Shown here: positions 46,285 to 54,337 of the stretch, piece by piece
Layout of the letters: every line of letters begins with the position of its first letter
Position numbering within the stretch: the stretch's first letter is position 1
NCBI GenBank assembly: GCA_965221775.1
Contig: CBDCSU010000006.1
Coordinates: 2,080,001-2,144,000 of the forward strand
Length of the DNA stretch: 64,000 nt
Source: Candidatus Latescibacterota bacterium
GTDB lineage: Bacteria > Latescibacterota > UBA2968 > UBA8231
Direction: 5' to 3'
Notes under the pieces: model-generated
The model's database searches: none
Told to the model about the DNA's origin: nothing
The model's input: the letters and a program-made list of their open reading frames with translations, nothing else
Program-made: the position numbers and the translations under genes

Positions 46285-47632
46285 CCGGCCGCGGAGCCGG
46301 CGATCGGTGTTCGGCAACTTCCGCGCGCAGGTGGTGCTGCGCGTCCTGCTCCTGGGCCTCTCCCTGATGCTCCTGCCGCTGTCGCTGCGGAACCTCGACT
46401 ACCCGGCGGTCCCCCTGGTCATCGGGGTCCTCGCGGCCTTCCAGGTGTGGTCGCTGATCCGCTTCGTGGACCGCACCAACCGCGACCTGGCGCGCTTCTT
46501 CCAGGCCGTGCGCTACTCCGACTTCTCCCAGACCTACGTCACCGGCGGCCTCGGGTCGTCCTTCGACGAGCTGAAGCGCTCCTTCAACGAGGTCCTCGAC
46601 GCCTTCCGGGCGACCCGCGCCGAGAAGGAGGAGCAGGCCCTCTACCTGCAGATGGTGGTGCAGCACATCGGCGTCGGCCTCGTCGCCTTCGACCGCCAGG
46701 GCGAGGTGTCGCTGATCAACAACGCCGCCAAGCGTCTGCTGCGGGTCAACCGCCTCGCCAACATCTCCGACCTCGAGTCGCGGGGCCCCGGCCTGGCGCA
46801 GACCCTGACCACCCTGGGCCCGCGCCGGAAGGCCCTGCTGCGCCTGGAGGAGGACGGCGAGGTCCGCCAGCTGGCCTGCTTCGCCGCCCTGTTCCGCACG
46901 GGGGAGGAGGAGCACCGCCTCGTCTCGCTCCACGACATCCAGTCCGAGCTGGAGGAGCAGGAGATGGAGGCCTGGCAGCGGCTGATCCGGGTGCTCACGC
47001 ACGAGATCATGAACTCGATCACGCCCATCGCCTCATTGTCCGCCACCGCCGAAGGGCTGCTGCAGCAGGAGACCATCGCCGGGGAGGACGTGAGCGACGT
47101 GCGCACCGCCGTGCACACGATCCAGCGCCGGTCGCAGGGTCTGCTGCAGTTCGTCGACGCCTACCGCGACCTCACGCGGGTGCCGGCCCCCGACTTCCAG
47201 ATCACCCCGGTGAGCGGCCTCTTCGAGCGCGTGACCCAGCTCATGGCCCACCAGTTCGAGGAGGCGGGGGTGGAGCTCGTCCACGCCGTCGACCCGCCCT
47301 CCCTGGAGGTGACCGCCGACCCCGGGCAGGTGGAGCAGGTGCTCATCAACCTGCTGCGCAACGCCTGCGACGCCGCCGGGGGGCGCGACGGGGCGCGGGT
47401 GGAGCTGACCGCCTCCATGGACCGGGACCGCGTCGTCATCGACGTCGCCGACAACGGGACCGGCATCGTCGAGGAGGCCCTGGACAAGCTCTTCATCCCC
47501 TTCTTCACCACCAAGCAGGACGGCTCGGGGATCGGCCTGAGCCTGTGCCGGCAGATCATGCGCCTGCACCGGGGCACGATCTCGGCGCGGTCCGAACCGG
47601 GGGTGCGGACGGAGTTCTCCTTGAGGTTCTGA
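46274..47632 (+). CDS. Sensor histidine kinase with PAS-like domain
   Basis: 2 TM; HEIMNSITPI, NLLRNA, DNGTG, PFFTTK, GSGIGL. Confidence 0.95.
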   Translation: MASDRPRSRRSVFGNFRAQVVLRVLLLGLSLMLLPLSLRNLDYPAVPLVIGVLAAFQVWSLIRFVDRTNRDLARFFQAVRYSDFSQTYVTGGLGSSFDELKRSFNEVLDAFRATRAEKEEQALYLQMVVQHIGVGLVAFDRQGEVSLINNAAKRLLRVNRLANISDLESRGPGLAQTLTTLGPRRKALLRLEEDGEVRQLACFAALFRTGEEEHRLVSLHDIQSELEEQEMEAWQRLIRVLTHEIMNSITPIASLSATAEGLLQQETIAGEDVSDVRTAVHTIQRRSQGLLQFVDAYRDLTRVPAPDFQITPVSGLFERVTQLMAHQFEEAGVELVHAVDPPSLEVTADPGQVEQVLINLLRNACDAAGGRDGARVELTASMDRDRVVIDVADNGTGIVEEALDKLFIPFFTTKQDGSGIGLSLCRQIMRLHRGTISARSEPGVRTEFSLRF

Positions 47633-47652
47633 TACGTTGCCATAAACGGGCT

Positions 47653-48021
47653 TTCGTCCGCCGCCACGTCACCCTTCGGCTGCAGCACCACGACCAGGCT
47701 TCGCTGCTGGCGGGCAAGCTGCACGCCGTCCTGCAGCGGCCCTGGCCCAAGGGCCGCGACTTCTACGACCTGATGTGGTACCTGAGCGATCCCGAGTGGC
47801 CGGCGCCCAACCTGGTCCTGCTCGACAACGCGCTGCGGCAGAGCGGATGGGAGGGGGATCTTCCGACCCGGCACACCTGGCGGGGTATCGTCCGCCGCCG
47901 GCTGCAGTCGGCAGACTGGGATCGCCTGAAGGCCGACGTGGGCCCCTTCCTCGAGCCGGGGGCCGACCTTGAGCTGATGACCCGGGAGAATCTGGAGCTG
48001 GCCCTTGGCGCGGGGCCCTGA
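47653..48021 (+). pseudogene. C-terminal remnant of an AbiEii/AbiGii nucleotidyltransferase toxin
   Basis: SLLAGKLHAVLQR..KGRDFYDLMWYL; no start codon and no N-terminal GGT/DLD catalytic region. Confidence 0.7.
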
Positions 48022-48142
48022 CGGCCTCGGTCTGCTGGTGGCGCAGGGATCCTGCTTGCGCCGGGTGCGCCCGGGCCGCCCCCGCCCCGGCTTGACGATG
48101 TCCATGTTCGCGCCTAACTCGGACCCGAGGAGGGAACCCGCC

Positions 48143-49405
48143 ATGGGCTTCGAGACGGCACGAGGGACGGCTGAGGGGATCACCGGCCGAGCGATCCTGT
48201 CCACCTTGACGATTTCGCTGCTGCCATTGGTTTCGTGCGGCGTCAACGAGGTGACCATTCGCATAGAGGGAGGCGACGGGAACAAGGTCCGGCTGGACGC
48301 CAGCGAGGTTCGGCCCGGATTCAACCGCGTCGTCGACGCGGGGTCCGTTTCCTTCGGAGATGTCGAGGAAGGGGCCTACGCCATCCACGTCGTGACGAGC
48401 CAGCGGCTGATGAGCGACAGCCTGAAGGTGGCGGCGGCGCCCCTCACGGGCGTTCGCAGCTATGGGTTGACGGTCACCATCCCCGGCGGCCACAACGGCG
48501 GCTATCAGCCCCAGGGAACCATCCTCTACACGGCCACGCCGGCGGCGGTGCTGGACTGGGATCTCTACACCATCCCCGCCGCCGGCGGGGAACCGACCCG
48601 CCTCACCGACACGCCCGAGTTCGAGCAGTACCCCGCATGGTCCGCCGACGGCCGGGAGATCGCCTTCGCCCGCGGCCACGTGACAACCAACATCGACATC
48701 TACGTGATGGCGGCGGAGGGCGGCGGCGAGCGCCGCCTCACCGAGCACCCCGAGCGGGACGAACAGCCGGCCTGGTCCCCCGACGGCGGCACCATCGCCT
48801 TCCTCAGCCATCGCGACGGCGACGTGGCGATCTGGCTCATGGACCCGGACGGCGGCAACAAGCGCAAGCTGGCGCTGGGACGGGAGCCGGCGTGGTCTCC
48901 GGACGGAAACCACATCGCCTTCACCTCCGGGCAGTACGACGGCAATGACGAGATCTACCTCATCGACGCCGATGGCTCCAACCTCCGGCGCCTCACCACG
49001 GACTCCCACTACGACTGGCACGCGGCCTGGTCTCCCGAAGGCCGCCGCCTGGCCTTCAACTCCGAACGTTTCGGGGGCGAGGAACTGATGCTGGCCGATG
49101 TCGAGAGCGGGAGGCAGGTGCGCGTCACGGTGGCCAAGCACACCTTCGAGCAGGACCCCGTCTGGTCACCGGACGGCCGGGCCCTGGCCTACCAGGGGAA
49201 GATGAACTTCCGGGAAGACGGCACCCTGGACGTGCACTTCAGCAACTGGACCGGCAAGCACACCCCCCAGGGCGCCTTCGACATCTTCATCGTGTCCCCC
49301 GTCGGCTTCGATTGGGATCACGTCGAGGAGCGCCCGGTCATGCCGGTCAATCTCACCAACACCCCCGACCGGGAGGAACGGTCGCCCAGGTGGCGTCCCT
49401 TCTGA
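48143..49405 (+). CDS. TolB-like PD40-repeat beta-propeller lipoprotein
   Basis: Lipobox LVSC; repeated PAWSPDG..IAF motifs. Confidence 0.88.
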   Translation: MGFETARGTAEGITGRAILSTLTISLLPLVSCGVNEVTIRIEGGDGNKVRLDASEVRPGFNRVVDAGSVSFGDVEEGAYAIHVVTSQRLMSDSLKVAAAPLTGVRSYGLTVTIPGGHNGGYQPQGTILYTATPAAVLDWDLYTIPAAGGEPTRLTDTPEFEQYPAWSADGREIAFARGHVTTNIDIYVMAAEGGGERRLTEHPERDEQPAWSPDGGTIAFLSHRDGDVAIWLMDPDGGNKRKLALGREPAWSPDGNHIAFTSGQYDGNDEIYLIDADGSNLRRLTTDSHYDWHAAWSPEGRRLAFNSERFGGEELMLADVESGRQVRVTVAKHTFEQDPVWSPDGRALAYQGKMNFREDGTLDVHFSNWTGKHTPQGAFDIFIVSPVGFDWDHVEERPVMPVNLTNTPDREERSPRWRPF

Positions 49406-49409
49406 TCTG

Positions 49410-49613
49410 TCAGGACCGGGATCCGCAAGATGGGTCCGCATCGAGGGTTCCTCGCTCCCGCCGCTTCCTTGCCCAAGGTGTCTCCACGCCGTACTTCCGG
49501 CACAGCCGCCCGAAGCTGCGCAGGGTGATTCCGAGGGCGGCGCAAGCCTCCGTGTTGGTCGGGTACATGCGGGCGGCTCGCTCGATGGTCGCCTTGTCGA
49601 ATCCCCGATTCAC
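49410..49613 (-). CDS. Small helix-turn-helix protein
   Basis: GTG start; IERAARMYPTNTEACAALGITLRSFGRLCRKYGVETP. Confidence 0.65.
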   Translation of the reverse strand: MNRGFDKATIERAARMYPTNTEACAALGITLRSFGRLCRKYGVETPWARKRRERGTLDADPSCGSRS

Positions 49614-49763
49614 CCCTTCCCCCCTTCTGGTGAAGGATGAAGGCCGGGCCAATCCCGGCGACTGGGACGAGGACCGTACAGCAACCCCCGTGCCTTCGGT
49701 CACGAAGGCACGCCGCAGGAGAAGGAGATGATGAGCCGTGGGAGTGTACCGTGTGGATGTGGC

Positions 49764-49803
49764 CGGATCCGCCACCGCCGGGGCGGGATCCGCCACCGCC
49801 GGG
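49764..49803. repeat. Direct repeat GGATCCGCCACCGCCGGG x2 (21-bp period)
   Basis: Read directly from the sequence. Confidence 0.7.
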
Positions 49804-49899
49804 CGGAAGGTGCAGGAAGGCGAGCGGGCTGGCCACCAGCATCAGGCGCGCCAACTCTCCGGCCAGGAGCCGGCCGATCTCGGCTCCCGTGCCCCTCAG

Positions 49900-51327
49900 T
49901 CACAACAACTCACCCCCGGCTCCGCGCCGGCCCTGAATGATGTTGTGACCAACGGTGAAGCAGAGCTCGCTCGCCGGGATGAAGTTCAGCGAGACTCCTC
50001 CCCGGGTTACAGTCGACCTGACAGTCCGTGAAGTAACCCACGCCTGCGTCAGGCCGTTGGCGTGGCAGAAAGCCACCAGGGGGTCGAGTTCCTCCGGTCG
50101 GGTCGGATACCGGTCGGACCATTTCACCTCAACGGCCCAGATCGGCTCTTGGGCCGCGTTGAGCCGTACCATGTCGACTTCACCGTTCCTCCAACGCCCG
50201 TAGAAGAGCTGCGCATCTTCGTCGTGGAAGTACTGTGAGAAGACCGCCGTTTCAGCCAGTGCGCCCAGCTCCGGCGCCTCGGGTGCCACCGGCGCGAAGA
50301 GCGCGGCCCGCATCGATGGGTTGGTCAGGTAGACCTTGAACCGGCGCGCTCTGCGAAACCGGCGTGCCGATTCATCTATCCGGTGGACCGCCCTTATCAG
50401 GAAGGCTGCCTCCAGGTACTCGACGTAGCGCTTGATCGTGTTCTTCGCGACACCTGAGCTGGTCGATAGATCCTGGAGAGACAACTCGCCGGCGGTGTTG
50501 AAAGCGAGCGTCGTGAAGAGCCTGTTGAGTTCCGGGACGTCACTGATTCCATACAGACTCGGCAAGTCTCTCAGCAGGACCTTGTCGATGATATCCCCCT
50601 TTATGAACCGCGACGGGTTGGCCTGTATCGCCTCCGAGAACACGACCTCGGGATATCCTCCGTAGTTGAGGTAGTGGAGAAAGTGGTCATTGAGGCGAGG
50701 GAGATCTTCAGCCTGAAACAGCGGCCGTCCCTGCACCTCTCGCTCCTTCAGGAGATCGCCCTCTCCCAACAGGTCGAGGTACTCGTGGAAGGTCAGTGGA
50801 GGGAGCAGGAAGTCAGTGAACCTTCCGGCTCCGGACTCCAGACTCTTCAGGCTCAGCGCCGCGGCGGCGGAGCCTGAGACGATGAGCTTGAGGGACGGCT
50901 CGCGATCGACCAGCGCCTTGAGATGGACCTCCCACTCCTTGAGATACTGCACCTCGTCGAAAAAGACATAGGCGGTCTGGCCTCGATCCGCGTCGGCGGC
51001 TTGACGATAGAGGTCGATGAGCGCTTCGAGTCCCAGATCGTTGTAGAGCGGGTGGTCGACCGAGACATACGCTATCTGTTTGGCGGCGACACCTTGGTCG
51101 AGCAGGGCCCCGATGGCGTGGTGAATGAGCACCGTTTTCCCGACCCGCCGGGGTCCCATGAGGACAACGGCCCGTCGCACCTCGAGTTCGGTGATCAGTG
51201 GAAAGAAGAGAGCGAAATAGGCGCGGGGCCTGAGTGTAGCGAGTTCATCGCCGATGCCCTGCCCTGCCCACCACGGATTCTCGGCTCGGATCCGTTCGCG
51301 CAGCTGCCCGGGGTCTATCTGCCGCAT
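49900..51327 (-). CDS. AAA_14 family ATPase with DUF4143 C-terminal region
   Basis: GPRRVGKT, FFDEVQ, SGS, ESGAGR, GGYPE, LAETAV, EVD...AVEVKW. Confidence 0.9.
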   Translation of the reverse strand: MRQIDPGQLRERIRAENPWWAGQGIGDELATLRPRAYFALFFPLITELEVRRAVVLMGPRRVGKTVLIHHAIGALLDQGVAAKQIAYVSVDHPLYNDLGLEALIDLYRQAADADRGQTAYVFFDEVQYLKEWEVHLKALVDREPSLKLIVSGSAAAALSLKSLESGAGRFTDFLLPPLTFHEYLDLLGEGDLLKEREVQGRPLFQAEDLPRLNDHFLHYLNYGGYPEVVFSEAIQANPSRFIKGDIIDKVLLRDLPSLYGISDVPELNRLFTTLAFNTAGELSLQDLSTSSGVAKNTIKRYVEYLEAAFLIRAVHRIDESARRFRRARRFKVYLTNPSMRAALFAPVAPEAPELGALAETAVFSQYFHDEDAQLFYGRWRNGEVDMVRLNAAQEPIWAVEVKWSDRYPTRPEELDPLVAFCHANGLTQAWVTSRTVRSTVTRGGVSLNFIPASELCFTVGHNIIQGRRGAGGELL

Positions 51328-51369
51328 GAGTTACTCGGGGAAATAGAGTCAGAGCATTGACGCTAACGG

Positions 51370-51398
51370 AATATGGATGACATCTCGGATAGAGTCAA
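51370..51398 (-). promoter_or_regulatory. Putative sigma70 promoter of the AAA ATPase
   Basis: Minus strand TTGACT, 17 bp, CATATT. Confidence 0.55.
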
Positions 51399-51798
51399 TG
51401 GCCTGATCTTATTTCTCCGTCGAGCCATAACCGAGTGCGGCACAAGGCGTTGCCAACAACAGACAGTGACCTCCTCGCTGCTCAACGCCTGGACGCAGCA
51501 GCAGGTCCGCCGGGCGAGGTCCTCGGCCTGGCCGGCGATACCGTGCGGTTCATGCTGCGTCGCCAGTCGTTCAGCGCGGCGGTTCCCAGCCAGCGTGGCT
51601 GACAAGCGACACGGGGTTGTCCACCTGCAGCATGCGGGCCACGGCTTCTACTTGGATTGCTTCGCTCTGAAGGCGGGTGCCGAGCACGCAGGCGTCGTCA
51701 GGCGGGCACCTTGCTTCCCCGCGTGACAGATAGCTCTTGAGCATGGACTACTCCAGCGAGGGCCGAGCCAGGCGAGCTCGTCTCTCCTGGTGGCCGAC

Positions 51799-54246
51799 CT
51801 ACTCGTATCTCAACGCATCCGCCGGATTGGTCCGGGCCACCAGCCAGGTCTGGCCGCTGACGGTTCCCAGGGCGACGACGAGTACCCCGACCCCCGCCAG
51901 GGCGAACCAGCCCGGGCCCTGGTCGATCCGGTAAGCGTAGAAGGCGAGCCAGTGATCGAGGACGAAGAAGGCCAGGGGCCAGGCAATGACGTTGGCCGCA
52001 ACTACGAGCCATCCGAACTGGTGGGACATGAGCAGCACGACATTGGCGGTGGTCGCCCCGAGGACCTTGCGGATGCCGATTTCCCTGGTGCGGCGAGCAG
52101 CGGCGAGGCCGGCGAGTCCGACGAGTCCCATGCAGGAGATGGCCAGGGCGCATGCGCTCATCCACTTCATGACGATGCCGACGCGCCGCTCGGTTGCGTA
52201 CAGCGATACGAAGGTCTCGTCGAGGAAGCTCAGGCTCTTCAGTTCGTACTCGGGCAGCATTCGGTTCCACAGCGTCCTGACCTCCTCCACCGCCGCCGAC
52301 AGGTTCCGGCTGTCGACTCGAAACAGGATTTGATCGAACCGGTCGTGTCGCGTTGACCCGGGCATGACCGTTGTCAGAAGGGCCGGCCCTACGGTGTGGT
52401 GCATGTCTTCGTAGTGGAAGTCCGCGACGACGCCTATGACCGGGATGGGCTGATCCAGAAAGGGGGGAACCGACAAAGTGCGGCCGACCGGATCCTCCGG
52501 TCCCAGCAGGCGAGCCGCGGTCTCGTTCACCAGGATGCCGGGCGACGGACCCTGCAGGCCCCGAGTGAATCCTGTCCCGGAGAGGATCTCGACTCCCATG
52601 ACGTGAGGGAGATCCGGAGTTACACGAAAGGGCTTGATCTCGAACGTTCTCTCACCGAGCCGGAATGGTCTGGGGTACTGGCCGCCCGTGCCGGGGGCGG
52701 CCGAAATGCCTGCCACCCCCTCGACCAGTCCCGGCCGTGACTCGATCTCGCTGGCGAGGCGTTCGATCTGCAGAGGATCGAGGGCGTCTTTGGAGCGAGC
52801 CAGTACCACTCGCTCGCCGTCGAACCCCAGGTTTGTTTTCATGAAGTCGAGCTGCCGCGTCATGGTGATCGTCACTACTACCAGGAAGGTCGACATGACG
52901 AACTGCAGGACGATCAGACCCCGGCCGATGCGGCCCCGACCGAGCTGTGGCGCACTTCCGCCAAGGGCCCGGATGGGGTGGTGTCGCGAGATGACGTGGG
53001 CCGGGTACAGGCCGGAGAGCAGGCCGACGGTCAGAGTCAGGGTCAGGGCACCGGCCCCGGTCTCGAGGGACAGCCACTCCAGATCGAGTTGACGATTCAC
53101 GACCTGGTTGAAGGTGGGCAGCAGTACTTCGGCCAGGGCCATGCCCCCGACAACGGCGATCAGGCTCACGACGACGGCCTCGGCCAGGAACTGGCTGGCG
53201 AGTTGGGGGCGGGTGGCGCCGATCACCTTGCGCATGCCGATTTCGAGGGTGCGCGAGATGGCGCGGCTCAGGGCGAGGTTGACGAAGTTGATGGCGGCGA
53301 CCAGGAGAACGAGGGCGGCCAGCCCTGCCAGCAGGTAGCAGTGCGCCGCGGTACCGGAGCCGATGCCGATGGGTGACCCGATTTCCTGAGCGAAGCGGGC
53401 CCCAATGAAGGGTTGCAGCTTGGGGCGGGCCTTCGTGGCCGGGCTTTGGTAGTGGTCGGCCAGGGGTGCCAGCCGCGCTTCCATCTCCGCAGGTGCCACT
53501 CCCTCTTCGAGTTCGATGAACAGGCCGTTAGTACCGTTTCTGCTAACGATGTAGTTGTCGTCATGCACAAGCTGCAATTCCTCGACCGCCGACGAGGGTA
53601 CGAGCACGTCCAGAGGTAGAAGAGAAGGCCCTGGAAGTGGAGCCAGAACTCCCGTGATCGTGCGATCCACCTCGATCTGCGTCTTCTCAGGTGGAAACGG
53701 TCCGAAGCTGTGGGAGACGCGCACCCGGATGCGGATGCGCTCCCCCAGCATGGCGTGGACTGGTACATCGGGGCCGAAGTACTTCCGTGCCGTCTCGTGG
53801 TCCAGCACAACGCTGTGGGGAGCTTCGAGTGCTGTCGCCGCATCGCCCGCGGCCAGCGGCAGGGTGAACATGCTGAGGAAGGCCGGATCGACGGCGAGGA
53901 CCATCTTCGGGAAGGCCGCGTCGCCGTAAGAGACCCTGGCGTATGTCCTGTGCATGAGGACCGACTCGTGGATGCCGGCGACTGTGGTACGTAACGGCTC
54001 GGCCAGCCTGGGGCGCACTATCGTGTCCCTGTCGGATCCGGAATCGGGCTCCAGGTCTTCGAAGTAGACGGCGAAAATCCGCTCTCCCTTTTGGTGCCAG
54101 GTGTCGAAGGAGGTCTCGTGGCGTACGAAGAGCAGGCAGAGGATGGTCACGGCGAGTGCCGCGGACAGTCCGACTACGTTGATCAGTGTAATCCCCCTGT
54201 TGCGGGCCAGTACGCGCAGTGCGGTGATCAGATTGCTCTTCCACAT
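51799..54246 (-). CDS. ABC transporter permease, duplicated MacB/FtsX type (copy A)
   Basis: INFVNL, EIGMRKVIGA, RRTREIGIRKVLGA, NPADALRYE. Confidence 0.94.
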   Translation of the reverse strand: MWKSNLITALRVLARNRGITLINVVGLSAALAVTILCLLFVRHETSFDTWHQKGERIFAVYFEDLEPDSGSDRDTIVRPRLAEPLRTTVAGIHESVLMHRTYARVSYGDAAFPKMVLAVDPAFLSMFTLPLAAGDAATALEAPHSVVLDHETARKYFGPDVPVHAMLGERIRIRVRVSHSFGPFPPEKTQIEVDRTITGVLAPLPGPSLLPLDVLVPSSAVEELQLVHDDNYIVSRNGTNGLFIELEEGVAPAEMEARLAPLADHYQSPATKARPKLQPFIGARFAQEIGSPIGIGSGTAAHCYLLAGLAALVLLVAAINFVNLALSRAISRTLEIGMRKVIGATRPQLASQFLAEAVVVSLIAVVGGMALAEVLLPTFNQVVNRQLDLEWLSLETGAGALTLTLTVGLLSGLYPAHVISRHHPIRALGGSAPQLGRGRIGRGLIVLQFVMSTFLVVVTITMTRQLDFMKTNLGFDGERVVLARSKDALDPLQIERLASEIESRPGLVEGVAGISAAPGTGGQYPRPFRLGERTFEIKPFRVTPDLPHVMGVEILSGTGFTRGLQGPSPGILVNETAARLLGPEDPVGRTLSVPPFLDQPIPVIGVVADFHYEDMHHTVGPALLTTVMPGSTRHDRFDQILFRVDSRNLSAAVEEVRTLWNRMLPEYELKSLSFLDETFVSLYATERRVGIVMKWMSACALAISCMGLVGLAGLAAARRTREIGIRKVLGATTANVVLLMSHQFGWLVVAANVIAWPLAFFVLDHWLAFYAYRIDQGPGWFALAGVGVLVVALGTVSGQTWLVARTNPADALRYE

Positions 54247-54337
54247 AGTTCTGTCTCACGCCTTTTCGTTGGGCATCGGAGGAAGGGTCAGCAGCTGACG
54301 GGACGCTGCCTCGACAGGGTCACGGTGCATGGGATTC

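Noticed and set aside
51363-51726. Short ORFs between the ATPase and permease A
   Set aside because: No RBS, codon bias or motif support.
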